Source: a bacterium
GTDB lineage: Bacteria > UBA10199 > 2-02-FULL-50-16 > JAJFLM01
Direction: 5' to 3'
Length of the DNA: 64,000 nt
Assembly: GCA_965216315.1 (NCBI GenBank)
Contig: CBDCFN010000016.1
Coordinates: 2,304,001 to 2,368,000, forward strand
Shown here: in pieces, positions 10,629 to 21,645 of the stretch
Layout: each line of letters starts with the position of its first letter
Numbering within the stretch: the stretch's first letter is position 1
Program-made: the position numbers and the translations under genes
Notes under the pieces: generated by a model
Databases searched by the model: none
The model's input: the letters and a program-made list of their open reading frames with translations, nothing else
What the model was told of the DNA's origin: nothing

Positions 10629-11143
10629 CGGCCAAAAAGGAACGGATAATTAAGCGCTATCAAAACCGTAAGCTCTATGACACGAGCCAAAGCCGGTACG
10701 TAACGCTCAACGATATCGCCGACATGATCAAGAACGGTGAAGACGTCAAGATTATTGATAACCAGTCCAAAGAGGATCTGACCTCGCTGACTTTGACGCA
10801 GATTATCTTTGAACAAGAAAAGAAGAAAAAAAGCCTCCTCCCGCTTCCAGCGCTGCGGGACATCATTCGCAGTGGACCGAGCCAAGTCGTCGATTTTGTC
10901 GCCAGTAAGGCCGACGAGGTCGTGCACTCCATTACCCATGCCCGCGATGAGGTGGAAGACTATCTGGATAAAATGATCAAAAAAGGCGATCTCTCGCTCG
11001 AAGATATGCGCCAGCTCCTCCGCTCCTTCGTCGACAATAAGATCAAGCCGAAGATCGGTGTCCCCGGCTTCCAGTCCGAAGTCCATCAGATGCGCAAGAA
11101 GATCGACGATCTGGAGAAGAAGCTTCAGCAGTATGAAAAGTAG
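10625..11143 (+). CDS. PhaR-type (PHA synthesis regulator DNA-binding domain) protein
   Basis: IIKRYQNRKLYDTSQSRYVTL N-terminus; phasin-like coiled C-terminus. Confidence 0.85.
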   Translation: MTAKKERIIKRYQNRKLYDTSQSRYVTLNDIADMIKNGEDVKIIDNQSKEDLTSLTLTQIIFEQEKKKKSLLPLPALRDIIRSGPSQVVDFVASKADEVVHSITHARDEVEDYLDKMIKKGDLSLEDMRQLLRSFVDNKIKPKIGVPGFQSEVHQMRKKIDDLEKKLQQYEK

Positions 11144-12066
11144 TGTTCGCAGACCTGTCTCGAAAAAAGCTCATCCTCGTCTCCGGTAAAGGGGGCGTCG
11201 GCAAAACGACGATCAGCGCGGCGCTCGCCTGGCACTTAAGCCAGGCTGGCCGCAAGGTCCTGCTCGCTACGATCGATTGCGAGGACCAAATCCCCTCCCT
11301 CTTTGACCGCAAGCCGATGGGCTATGAACCGAGTCCACTCCGCCCCCAACTCTCCGGCATCAACATTACCGCCCGTAAGGCTTTTGAAGAATATGTCGTC
11401 CGACAGATCATGTTTCACTCGATCTATTCAGCCGTCTTCGACAATAAATACGTGCGCGCTTTTATTGAGGGCACCCCGGGCATGGCGGAGCTCATGTGCA
11501 TCGGTAAGGTCTACGACATGGTCGATGAATACGACACGATCGTGCTCGATGCCCCCGCAACCGGACATGGTAAGTCGCTCCTCCAAGTCCCGACGGTTGT
11601 TGCCGAAGCCGTCCGGGTTGGTCCTCTGAAGACAAATTCCGAGAAAATTGAAGCCCTTCTTAAGGACTCAACAAAAACCGGCCTGCTCATCGTCAGTCTT
11701 GCCGAGGAAATGCCGGTTGAGGAGACCCTCGAACTGCGGGAATGGATCCAAAGCCATCTCGGCATTGAGCCAACCGGGGTTATCATTAACGGCCTGTTTA
11801 CACCGTTGTTCCCCCACCACTCCGATCAAGAACGATGTGAGACTTTTTTCCGCGAACACAACTCCAACCCCGTCATGGAAGGCTTACGTCATAGCTATTA
11901 TATGCGCATGAAACGCTCGGAGCTCCATGCGCACTACACGCAACAGCTGCAAGAACAACTTAAAGGGCTCCCAACCGTAGAAATCCCGTTTTATTTTTGC
12001 GAATCTATTGGGACAACTGAGCTCAAAGACATTGGAGAACGCATCGAAAGCCATGAATCAACGTAA
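11143..12066 (+). CDS. ArsA/Get3-like SIMIBI ATPase (subunit A)
   Basis: GKGGVGKTT, DAPATGH, LAEEMPVEE. Confidence 0.85.
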   Translation: MFADLSRKKLILVSGKGGVGKTTISAALAWHLSQAGRKVLLATIDCEDQIPSLFDRKPMGYEPSPLRPQLSGINITARKAFEEYVVRQIMFHSIYSAVFDNKYVRAFIEGTPGMAELMCIGKVYDMVDEYDTIVLDAPATGHGKSLLQVPTVVAEAVRVGPLKTNSEKIEALLKDSTKTGLLIVSLAEEMPVEETLELREWIQSHLGIEPTGVIINGLFTPLFPHHSDQERCETFFREHNSNPVMEGLRHSYYMRMKRSELHAHYTQQLQEQLKGLPTVEIPFYFCESIGTTELKDIGERIESHEST

Positions 12067-13183
12067 AGGCAAACCCAAACTCTCCGCACTGATCCAATCC
12101 CAGGAGATTCTCGTCGTCTGTGGCAGCGGTGGCGTCGGCAAAACAACCTCGGCGGCCGCCATCGCAATGCAAGCGGCCATGATCGGCAAACGAGCTATCG
12201 TCCTCACGATTGATCCCGCCAAGAGATTGGCTTCTTCAATGGGTCTCGAGGCCCTCACGGATGAACCGATGCAAATACAGGACGATTATTTTCCGAGCCC
12301 GCCTAAGGGATCGCTCCATGCCATGATGCTCGATACCAAACGGACCTTTGATCGTATCATCGAAAAATATGCCCCCTCGGTGGAGGCACGACAGGCCATC
12401 TTGGAGAACCGTCTCTATCAACAAATGTCCAATATGCTCGCCGGCTCGCATGAGTACATGGCCATGGAACGACTGTATGAAATCCACCATGATGGTAATT
12501 TCGATCTGGTCGTCCTGGATACGCCACCGACGCGTAACGCCCTTAATTTTCTCGACTCACCTAAAAAAATGGTCGACCTGACGCGCCACTCCGTCATCAA
12601 GTGGTTTCTTAAACCAGGGGTCTTTGCCGGCAAAGTCAGCTTTGGGCTCTTCCAAAAAACAGCGGAAAAAGTCCTCAATGTCTTCGATCAACTTGCCGGT
12701 TTTAGTTTTCTCCATGAGCTAGCGGAAATGATTAGCGGCATGGCCGATATGTTGGGGGGGTTTGGTGAACGCGCCGAAAAGATTTATGAGCTGCTACGCT
12801 CGTCAAAAGTCAGTTTCATCTTAGTCGCTACTCCTGAAAAAATGGCATTGCAAGACGCACGCTACTTTCATGAGCAGATCGGCGAATATGAATTACCTCT
12901 CGCCGGTTTTGTATTTAACCGGGTCTATCCGAATTACATTCCATCGGAGGAAGCGATTGAAGAGGCCAGGGCCCAACTCAAATCACTCCCCAACAACGTC
13001 GAAATCGGCTTGATCAAGAATCTTGAGGACTTTTTTATGCTGCAAAAGAGACATGAATTGAGCATCAAGGAATTCAAAAAGGCATGTGGCTCCAAGACCT
13101 TCTACACGTCCGTCCCTTTTTTAGAGACGGACGTGCATGACATGGAAGGACTTGCCGAAATTAATCGGTATTTATTCGCTTAA
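12053..13183 (+). CDS. ArsA/Get3-like SIMIBI ATPase (subunit B)
   Basis: GSGGVGKTT, TIDPAKRLA, DTPPTRNAL. Confidence 0.85.
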   Translation: MNQRKGKPKLSALIQSQEILVVCGSGGVGKTTSAAAIAMQAAMIGKRAIVLTIDPAKRLASSMGLEALTDEPMQIQDDYFPSPPKGSLHAMMLDTKRTFDRIIEKYAPSVEARQAILENRLYQQMSNMLAGSHEYMAMERLYEIHHDGNFDLVVLDTPPTRNALNFLDSPKKMVDLTRHSVIKWFLKPGVFAGKVSFGLFQKTAEKVLNVFDQLAGFSFLHELAEMISGMADMLGGFGERAEKIYELLRSSKVSFILVATPEKMALQDARYFHEQIGEYELPLAGFVFNRVYPNYIPSEEAIEEARAQLKSLPNNVEIGLIKNLEDFFMLQKRHELSIKEFKKACGSKTFYTSVPFLETDVHDMEGLAEINRYLFA

Positions 13184-13184
13184 A

Positions 13185-13769
13185 CTATCCGAAGTATTCT
13201 TTGAGGCCTTCACTGTTCGGCTTCATCGACTTCTCACCCTCTTGCCAGTTGGCCGGGCAAACTTCGCCGTGTTTCTCATGAAACTGCAGGGCCTCCACCA
13301 TGCGAAGGGCCTCATCCACGCTGCGGCCTAATGGCAGATCATTGACCACTTGATGACGCACTTTACCATCCTTATCGATCAAGAAGAGACCACGATAGGC
13401 AATACCCGCACCTGGAACAAGCACGTCATAATCAGCGGCAATCGACTTACTCAGATCGGATACCAACGGATACGTCACGCCTTCGATACCACCGACTTTC
13501 TTAGGTGTATTGACCCACGCCAGATGAGAGAAATGTGAATCAACTGAACATCCAATAACTTGAACATCCTTGGCTTCAAATTCGGCCAGCTTCTCTTGAA
13601 AGGCATGGATTTCAGTCGGACATACAAAAGTAAAATCGAGGGGATAGAAAAAAAGTACGACATACTTCTTCCCCTTGAATTGCGACAAGGTAAATCCATC
13701 TTGGATATCGCCATTGACAACCGCGTTAGCTTTAAAATCTGGAGCCGGTTTTCCGACTAGTACACTCAT
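13185..13769 (-). CDS. ahpC: 2-Cys peroxiredoxin (AhpC/TsaA)
   Basis: FYPLDFTFVCPTE and GEVCPANW. Confidence 0.93.
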   Translation of the reverse strand: MSVLVGKPAPDFKANAVVNGDIQDGFTLSQFKGKKYVVLFFYPLDFTFVCPTEIHAFQEKLAEFEAKDVQVIGCSVDSHFSHLAWVNTPKKVGGIEGVTYPLVSDLSKSIAADYDVLVPGAGIAYRGLFLIDKDGKVRHQVVNDLPLGRSVDEALRMVEALQFHEKHGEVCPANWQEGEKSMKPNSEGLKEYFG

Positions 13770-13796
13770 GATTCACTCCTTTTTATCATCTTGTGA

Positions 13797-14213
13797 TTAC
13801 GTTGTTGCTATACAATCTTGACAAATCCCCGTGAGAACAACTGAGACAGAGTCGACACGATTGTTTGTCCTTTTTTCAAAATCTTTAAAAGTAGGCAGCC
13901 CACCCTCATCGGGAATATCTAAAATCGCGTGGCATTCCGAACAACAGAAATGGTGATGAGGCTTTGTCTCCGGGTCGAAACTGACCTGATCTTCGTAAAA
14001 CTTATATTTTCGGACCAAGCCCAATTCACTCAACATGTTGAGCGTATTATAAACAGTGGCCATGCTCATCGTCGGGTAGGCCGGCTTGAGATCTTCGTAA
14101 ACCCGCGCCGCAGTGGGATGGGACCTGTTGCCCTCCATATAATCGACGATCGAGAGGCGCTGCGGGGTAAGCTTGAAACCTGATTCCTTCAATTTTTCAG
14201 TGAGTTGGCTCAT
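13797..14213 (-). CDS. perR: Fur-family regulator, PerR-like
   Basis: TPQR, HPTA, ATVYNTL, HHHFCCSEC, CQDC; upstream of peroxiredoxin. Confidence 0.8.
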   Translation of the reverse strand: MSQLTEKLKESGFKLTPQRLSIVDYMEGNRSHPTAARVYEDLKPAYPTMSMATVYNTLNMLSELGLVRKYKFYEDQVSFDPETKPHHHFCCSECHAILDIPDEGGLPTFKDFEKRTNNRVDSVSVVLTGICQDCIATT

Positions 14214-14217
14214 TACT

Positions 14218-14252
14218 AATTAAGAATAATTCTTAATTTAGAATTATTATAA
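14218..14252. promoter_or_regulatory. Tandem Per/Fur-box-like 7-1-7 inverted repeats
   Basis: AATTAAGAAT-A-ATTCTTAATT and TTAGAAT-T-ATTATAA immediately upstream of perR. Confidence 0.7.
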
Positions 14253-14276
14253 CTTAGAACAAGGAAGTCAAGGGGC

Positions 14277-14615
14277 CTATTCAGCCGTGTACGCCACGAT
14301 GGCCTCATGGTCCGTGGAGCCAAGGTCGATAAAACGGATCCCGAGTCCGGAGACACCAGGATAAGTAGGGGCCAGCTTTTCGAGCCGAACCACCTCGCCG
14401 GTCGTACGAATCGGCGCCTCCGTCGGCCCCAATGAAAAAGAAAGAAACATCTTCGTACCTAATTTGAGTGGAATTTCCGACTCGATAAACAGGCCACCCA
14501 AACTAATATCCGTTGTATAGAAGTAAATAAATCCTTCTCCGAATTCATCTTCGAGAACAACTTGAGTTCTCAAAGTCTTGCGCGGATGAATGCGTTTTTC
14601 AGATGCGTCTGCCAT
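14277..14615 (-). CDS. PilZ domain protein
   Basis: EKRIHPR and DISLGG c-di-GMP-binding motifs. Confidence 0.9.
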   Translation of the reverse strand: MADASEKRIHPRKTLRTQVVLEDEFGEGFIYFYTTDISLGGLFIESEIPLKLGTKMFLSFSLGPTEAPIRTTGEVVRLEKLAPTYPGVSGLGIRFIDLGSTDHEAIVAYTAE

Positions 14616-15049
14616 TAGCCTTTGGCACTCCTTTTAAGTCGCCGTTTCTTAGGGGCCGGCGCCGGTTCTGTCGAACCACTGAGCGGATGAAATTTAGAAG
14701 CCACTCGATTGATGACGGTGATCAAGTCGTAAGGATAAAACGGCTTCGGCACGAGCTCGACCTTGTCTTCTTCGCGAGCCAACTCTTTGAGATCCATCCG
14801 TTGCGGGCCACTGATCAACACCGTCGGATATTCATCGATAAAGGCCGGCCGGCCTTCCTGCTCGATCGCATTGCCATTAATGAGAATCACGTGAGGTTTC
14901 GCTCGGCGTTGGCGGGCATCCAGACCGTCTGCACTCTCGGCAAATTCAATCCGATAACCGGGCAGATCCCTGAAGAGCAGCCCATACATATTCTTGGCTA
15001 ATTCCGAGCGATCAATGATCAAAAGACGCAAAGTAGAGGTGCGACGCAT
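14615..15049 (-). CDS. Degenerate receiver-domain-like protein
   Basis: LLIIDRS...VILIN...KPF; phosphoacceptor Asp appears replaced by Asn. Confidence 0.6.
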   Translation of the reverse strand: MRRTSTLRLLIIDRSELAKNMYGLLFRDLPGYRIEFAESADGLDARQRRAKPHVILINGNAIEQEGRPAFIDEYPTVLISGPQRMDLKELAREEDKVELVPKPFYPYDLITVINRVASKFHPLSGSTEPAPAPKKRRLKRSAKG

Positions 15050-15237
15050 GGGAGAGAACCTACTTCAATAGGACGCGGATGACAAGCCTTACGAAAAAGG
15101 CGTCATAGGTGGGCCAGGGGTGGGATTTGCTCGCTACGCTCACCGCAATCTAAGGAATTACATCCTGGTCTTCGCCTTCGGCGAAGCGGATTGTCGAACC
15201 CACTGCCTGTGGCAGGGGCTTCTCATCCTCCACTACA

Positions 15238-15276
15238 AATAAAAATAAGGACCCCAGTTAGGGTCCTTATTTTTAT
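15238..15276 (-). terminator. Hairpin terminator after tRNA-Ser(GCT)
   Basis: ATAAAAATAAGGACCC-CAGTTA-GGGTCCTTATTTTTAT. Confidence 0.7.
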
Positions 15277-15277
15277 G

Positions 15278-15364
15278 CGGAGAGGGTGGGATTCGAACCC
15301 ACGGTGCAGTTTCCCGCACACTTCCTTAGCAGGGAAGCGCCTTCAGCCACTCGGCCACCTCTCC
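15278..15364 (-). tRNA. tRNA-Ser(GCT)
   Basis: GGAGAGGTGGCCGAGTGG..., CTTCC-CTGCTAA-GGAAG, long variable arm. Confidence 0.95.
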
Positions 15365-15611
15365 GATCCGAAAACGAAAGCGCAGCTTCCGCTTTCTTTA
15401 GTTAAGGGGAAGATACTGCTCTCCCCCTTAACTATCCCTCATCTGTCATAATCGCCTCAATTTCAAGATATTTTCTAAGGAGGGGGTACCAGCGAGCGCA
15501 GCGAGTGTCCGTAGGGGGAACCTGGGTTCCCCCTCGGAAATATTCGAAAGTGACAATTGGATTCAATCTATGAGCTTCGTTTTAGCGAAGCCCTCTAGGT
15601 CACTACAGATG

Positions 15612-15696
15612 CGGAGGGGGTGGGATTCGAACCCACGGTACCTTGCGGCACGGCGGTTTTCAAGACCGCTGCCTTCAACCACTCGGCCACCCCTCC
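15612..15696 (-). tRNA. tRNA-Ser(TGA)
   Basis: GGAGGGGTGGCCGAGTGG..., GCGGT-CTTGAAA-ACCGC, long variable arm. Confidence 0.95.
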
Positions 15697-15855
15697 AATT
15701 CGCCAGCGAAAGCATGAGCTTTCACTGGCCTTAGTTAAGGGGGGAGATAAGGGCCTCCCCCCCTAACAATTCCCCTCTGTCTTGTTCAGACGGGGGTACG
15801 GAGAAGTGTCACATCCTAGCGACGTTGAAGTATGTTGGCAAGTCAGGTGTTCATT

Positions 15856-15896
15856 TACACACCCAAAAAGCCCCTCGCGGGGCTCTTGGGGTGTGT
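15856..15896. terminator. Long hairpin downstream of 15926-16471
   Basis: TACACACCCAAAAAGCCCC-TCGC-GGGGCTCTTGGGGTGTGTA. Confidence 0.5.
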
Positions 15897-15925
15897 ATTG
15901 GGTGATGTAAAGAAAAACTTTCAAC

Positions 15926-16471
15926 TTATTTTGCGTCAGCCACGACTCCAGTATCCAAATTAAGGTAGTGACGGTGTCTTCCCGTCGCATCTGTATAGAC
16001 AAGCTTAACTTCATGGTCGTTACGCCCTGCCGTAATACGGACATTCCGCTTAATGTAATTGAAGCCATTTAGGTCGCGATCAAATTTTCCAATAGTTGAA
16101 CCAATCAATCGATACTGACCATCCGACATCAACGCAGACGTTTCTTCCCAGCCAGAACCGTCACCCCAATACCGTGTATTATCATCTCTACGGGTTAGGG
16201 ATACGAAATGACGGTCCAAAGTTTTTTGGGCTCTTTTGCTGGTCTTGTAGCGTGTGTCATGATCGAGTCGATTTTTACATAGATCATCCAGTGCCCTCCG
16301 AGGATCGATTGAGCGCTCGACTCCATCGATTGTTTGGCAAAACGCATCCCCTTCATCGACAACCCCATTCTCATTGAGATCACGAACTCTCATGCCAGCG
16401 GGATTATTAGAATTGTACTCGTCGACAGATACCTGTTTAAATAACTTCGGATTCTTTATTTCCGCCATCAC
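15926..16471 (-). CDS. Hypothetical protein with one EF-hand-like loop
   Basis: GGAGGT SD; DLNENGVVDEGD. Confidence 0.65.
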   Translation of the reverse strand: MMAEIKNPKLFKQVSVDEYNSNNPAGMRVRDLNENGVVDEGDAFCQTIDGVERSIDPRRALDDLCKNRLDHDTRYKTSKRAQKTLDRHFVSLTRRDDNTRYWGDGSGWEETSALMSDGQYRLIGSTIGKFDRDLNGFNYIKRNVRITAGRNDHEVKLVYTDATGRHRHYLNLDTGVVADAK

Positions 16472-16631
16472 ACACCTCCATGCTTTTCAAATTTTCGTCA
16501 GTATTGACACGAGAGTTGCTACAAGAGAGGTATTTCCGTGTACTCTAAGTACACGCTCATAATGCCATATAGCCCTTTTTAAACACTAAATAAGTAGGAT
16601 ATTGTCCTTAATATAGACGGAAATTTCGGGT

Positions 16632-17486
16632 ATGATAGTACACGTGACCCCAGTCAAGCTCTTCGAATACCTCGATTACCGCGAATACCTCAAAGCTTGG
16701 TTTGAGGCAGCCAAACAGACACGGGCGGGGATGTCGTACCGGCTCTTTTCCAAGCGGGCCGGGCTCAAATCGACTAACTTCATCATGCTCGTCATGCAGG
16801 GCAAACGGAACTTGAGTGACAAAGCGGCCAAAATGGTCGCGAAAGGGCTCAAGCTGTCCAAGGAAGAGTCGGAGTTCTTCCGCTATCTCGTCCTCTTTAA
16901 CCAGGCCGAGGCCCATAACGATAAGGCCCTGTATTATGAGCAGATGCTGCAATTTCGACAGTACCGCAAGCACCGGCCGATTAGCCAGGAAGAGTATGCA
17001 TACTGCTCTCAATGGTATCATGCGGCCATTCGCGAGCTGATCCTTGATCCTGATTTTGATGGCAAGCCCACCTGGATCGCGGAACGGCTTGGCAATCGAA
17101 TTAGCCGCGAGGAGGCTGCAGAATCGCTGAAGTTACTGCAAAAACTGAACTTTGTGCAGCGCACCCCATCAGGTCGCTGGCAGCAACAGGATGTGACGCT
17201 GACGGCGGGATCTCGGGTTGTATCTCTCGAGTTATTCAATTATCATTTAAGTATGATGGCGCTGTCCCCCCAGTTACTTGAAAGCCTGCCCGGGCAGCGT
17301 CGCGATATGAGCGCGGTCACGATGGGTATCGCAGCAGGACGTTTGCCTGAGCTCAAAAAGAAACTCCAGAAATTCCGTAAGAGTCTCCTCAAATTTTCCG
17401 CTGAAGCGGCCGACCCCGAGGAAGTGGTGCAGGTCAATCTCTACATGTTCCCCTTAACCGTCCCGAAAGGGTGCAAAGACTCATGA
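16632..17486 (+). CDS. TIGR02147/DUF4423-like protein (predicted HTH)
   Basis: FEYLDYREYL, SYRLFSKRAG, GKRNLS, WYHAAIRE, RDMSAVT, QVNLYMFPL. Confidence 0.85.
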   Translation: MIVHVTPVKLFEYLDYREYLKAWFEAAKQTRAGMSYRLFSKRAGLKSTNFIMLVMQGKRNLSDKAAKMVAKGLKLSKEESEFFRYLVLFNQAEAHNDKALYYEQMLQFRQYRKHRPISQEEYAYCSQWYHAAIRELILDPDFDGKPTWIAERLGNRISREEAAESLKLLQKLNFVQRTPSGRWQQQDVTLTAGSRVVSLELFNYHLSMMALSPQLLESLPGQRRDMSAVTMGIAAGRLPELKKKLQKFRKSLLKFSAEAADPEEVVQVNLYMFPLTVPKGCKDS

Positions 17487-18124
17487 AATTCATATTACTA
17501 GGAACTCTGCTCTTCTTATTAAGTGCCTGCGCACCGGGGATGTCTCCCCTTAGCAGCAGTCCTACTTCAATGGATGCGGAAACGGCAGGTGGTGAGACTG
17601 CAGCTCCCGACGACGTCGACGCCGGGAGCCCCCAAGTTGGGGGGACTGAATTTGAAAATCCCGAAGCCGGCGGCGCGCCTCCCGATGTACCGGGAGAAGA
17701 TATCCCCGTCAGCGACGAAGATGATGACCCTAAAGGAAACCCTGCGGACACCGTACAAAACAATACGACACGTATTGTCGTAGGCCACTTACAAACCGAA
17801 GGGGGAGATAACGATGGCGCGGCCAACCCTCACGTCACGGTTCTCGGCTATGTGAACTCGAGTTGTCCCGCGGACGATCTTATCATCGTTGACCCGAACG
17901 CGAAGGAACAATCGGTCAAGATTGGTCCGAAATGTCTCTTTCAATTCAGTGCCCTAACAGGTCTTCATTACCAGGTACGCTTCCTAAAAGACGGCGAAAT
18001 GGTCGCTAAATTTCCCACGCCCCTACTGGTCAAACAGGGGAACCCCCCCCTCGACCTGGGGAAAATTCGATTTCAGGATGGGCTGGCAATCCGGACCGCT
18101 ATAGAAAAGAAACTCTCTCCCTGA
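17483..18124 (+). CDS. Lipoprotein, unknown function
   Basis: LLSAC lipobox; ATGA overlap with upstream gene; acidic Pro-rich linker. Confidence 0.75.
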   Translation: MKFILLGTLLFLLSACAPGMSPLSSSPTSMDAETAGGETAAPDDVDAGSPQVGGTEFENPEAGGAPPDVPGEDIPVSDEDDDPKGNPADTVQNNTTRIVVGHLQTEGGDNDGAANPHVTVLGYVNSSCPADDLIIVDPNAKEQSVKIGPKCLFQFSALTGLHYQVRFLKDGEMVAKFPTPLLVKQGNPPLDLGKIRFQDGLAIRTAIEKKLSP

Positions 18125-18130
18125 CAAATA

Positions 18131-18430
18131 TTAGCGATACTTTTCGGCCTTGTGGTGGTTATGCACCTTGATTTCTTTGGGAATCTCAACGTCCCGAAAG
18201 ATCATCTTACAACGATAGCAGACGAGTTGAGTCGGTACGACCAGAAAAAGGACACCATCAATGATAATAGCGCCGATCCACGAGAGATTATAGGTCCAAA
18301 AACTCGTCACCGCAGCCACCAGAATCACCGCAATCCCTAACTTTTTAGGAAAGCGCTTTTCCTTATAGACATCCGGGCATTGACATTCTGGACATATAAA
18401 AGGGCTTGTCTGTGCAGCTGCTTCCATCAC
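18131..18430 (-). CDS. Small membrane protein with two CxxC motifs (LITAF-like layout)
   Basis: CPEC - hydrophobic hairpin - CYRC. Confidence 0.7.
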   Translation of the reverse strand: MMEAAAQTSPFICPECQCPDVYKEKRFPKKLGIAVILVAAVTSFWTYNLSWIGAIIIDGVLFLVVPTQLVCYRCKMIFRDVEIPKEIKVHNHHKAEKYR

Positions 18431-18440
18431 TCATTCCTCG

Positions 18441-19258
18441 TTATGACGGCACGGAAGAAAATGCGAAGATAAACTGCGAAATCAGTTCGCCAATGATAAT
18501 AAATACAAAACCGATATACATAAAGGCGGTTGCTGACTGATTGGACCCGATGCGTGACGTCGACCAAATCATGTAGGCTAGAATGGCCGGGATCCCGAGA
18601 CCCACACAGATCCGCAACCAGAAGAAGATTCCATAGCCTTGAAAGGACGTCAGCAAGGCGACAATGGTCTTCATTTCGCCCGTTGGATTCATCAACAACC
18701 AAGTCGCCCCGACCGCCAGAATTTTAAGGGTGATTGTAATAATGACGATTGCCGCCATACGGTTAAGCAATTTTTTTGGCATATCCGTACCAACTAAATA
18801 CCAATGACCAAAAAGCATTCCGCCCAAAAAGGCTCCCAGCAGCCAGCTGGTCGTCAGGAAATGAGTCGTGACCAGAAATCCCGGCAAACCTAATGTGGGT
18901 CGAGCCCCCATGAAAAGGAGGCTATCAACGATAATTGCCGCAATGGCCAACAATCCGGTTAACTTCAAAAAAATCTTGTACGTATCCTTGAGGGTTAAAT
19001 AGATAATGCCCCAGCCTAGCAATGCCATCGCCGCAACCACACCGTACAAAACATTTGCATAGACAGTCAGGCTACTGGCTGGCACATCGCCATAGTGCCA
19101 ACGCAGCAATAATCCACCGATGATGAACAGAAAGGAGAGCAAATTAATCCACTTGAAAAAATTCGCATCTATTTCGTCTTGTTGAAGGAATAAGCAAAGC
19201 GCCAGCATTCCGCAGCCCATCTGCAACAGAAATAAGTTGAAAATAATAGTGACGCTCA

Positions 19259-19259
<1 letters not shown>
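18441..19259 (-). CDS. Polytopic membrane protein
   Basis: ~8 hydrophobic segments; MLFGHWYL and SNQSAT motifs; coupled to serS. Confidence 0.75.
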
Positions 19260-20536
<1,277 letters not shown>

Positions 20537-21574
20537 TTAGTTAGCCCTCGACAATTCGTCATCAATGACCTCTTTGAATGCCGGAAATGGGCGCGCACCG
20601 GAAAGCATGCGACCATTAATAAAAAATGCCGGCGTTCCCGAAACCCCAACGGACTGCCCGTAACGAAGTGAATCTTGCACTAACTTGGCATATTTATCGG
20701 AAGACAGGCAGCTCTCAAAGTCCGCTTGCTTCAGCTTGAGCTCTTTTGCGTATTTCTTGAGGGCATCTTCACTCAAGGCTTTTTGGGATTTAAAGAGCCT
20801 GTCATTATATTCCCAGTACTTGCCCTGTTCACGTGCGCAATGAGCGGCCTCGTGAGCCTTCTGCGCCTCCTTGTGAAAGGAGAGCGGGAAGTCTCTAAAA
20901 ACATAATGCACCTTCTCACCATACTCAGTAATAATCTGATTCACCGTCTCGCGAGCTCGTCCGCAAAAAGGACACTGGTAATCTGAAAACTCAATAATTT
21001 TGACAGGGGCGCCTTCCGGACCTTTGCCCGGATGATCGCCGCCAGCAACTTCCACTCGCGGCGGCGTAATCAAAAACTTAATATCCGCGTCTTTGCGCAG
21101 CTTGGCAATTAGCGCCCCACGAGCCTCACGAAATTTCTGTTGATACATGTAACCGCGAATCAGCCCCTTGACCTCATCAAACTTCTTTCCTTGAAACCGC
21201 GCTTTGCGTTGATTGTAATAGTCTTCAATGACGTCATCCGTGATACTGATTTTTCCGCTGATTTCTCTCTTGTTAAGTTCTTCAATAGAAATGCCCTGCT
21301 TAGCCGCTTCGGCTTCGATAAGTTTCTGATTGATAATCTGATCCACGCCACTCTTTTGGGCCGCATACATATCCATGCGCGCCTGCCGTAATTGTCCCGA
21401 CGCAATTTGCTCGATATCCGCCTCTGTCACTGCCTTGCCATTGACCGTTGCCAACACAACGTTGTCCGTATCGCCTTGCGCAGTTGATGAAGACGTCGCT
21501 GACTTCGGCCCGCCTTGATTACAGGCTAACAATAAACTCACTAAGGCAATCAGGGGAATGGATCTCTTGAACAT
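20537..21574 (-). CDS. Lipoprotein with SurA-N-like region and DsbA/thioredoxin domain
   Basis: LLLAC lipobox; EFSDYQCPFC; GTPAFFING. Confidence 0.88.
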   Translation of the reverse strand: MFKRSIPLIALVSLLLACNQGGPKSATSSSTAQGDTDNVVLATVNGKAVTEADIEQIASGQLRQARMDMYAAQKSGVDQIINQKLIEAEAAKQGISIEELNKREISGKISITDDVIEDYYNQRKARFQGKKFDEVKGLIRGYMYQQKFREARGALIAKLRKDADIKFLITPPRVEVAGGDHPGKGPEGAPVKIIEFSDYQCPFCGRARETVNQIITEYGEKVHYVFRDFPLSFHKEAQKAHEAAHCAREQGKYWEYNDRLFKSQKALSEDALKKYAKELKLKQADFESCLSSDKYAKLVQDSLRYGQSVGVSGTPAFFINGRMLSGARPFPAFKEVIDDELSRAN

Positions 21575-21604
21575 GATGAACTCCTTAGGCATGAAATATA
21601 ACAA

Positions 21605-21635
21605 AGTAGGGGCGACCAGACCGGCCGCCCCTACT
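21605..21635. repeat. GTAG-type REP-like hairpin / terminator after glnA
   Basis: AGTAGGGGCG-ACCAGACCGGC-CGCCCCTACT. Confidence 0.6.
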
Positions 21636-21645
21636 GAATTGTTAT

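Noticed and set aside
11143..13183. Arsenic-resistance operon
   Set aside because: No arsB/acr3, arsC, arsR or arsD; single-domain paired ATPases fit the Get3-like group better
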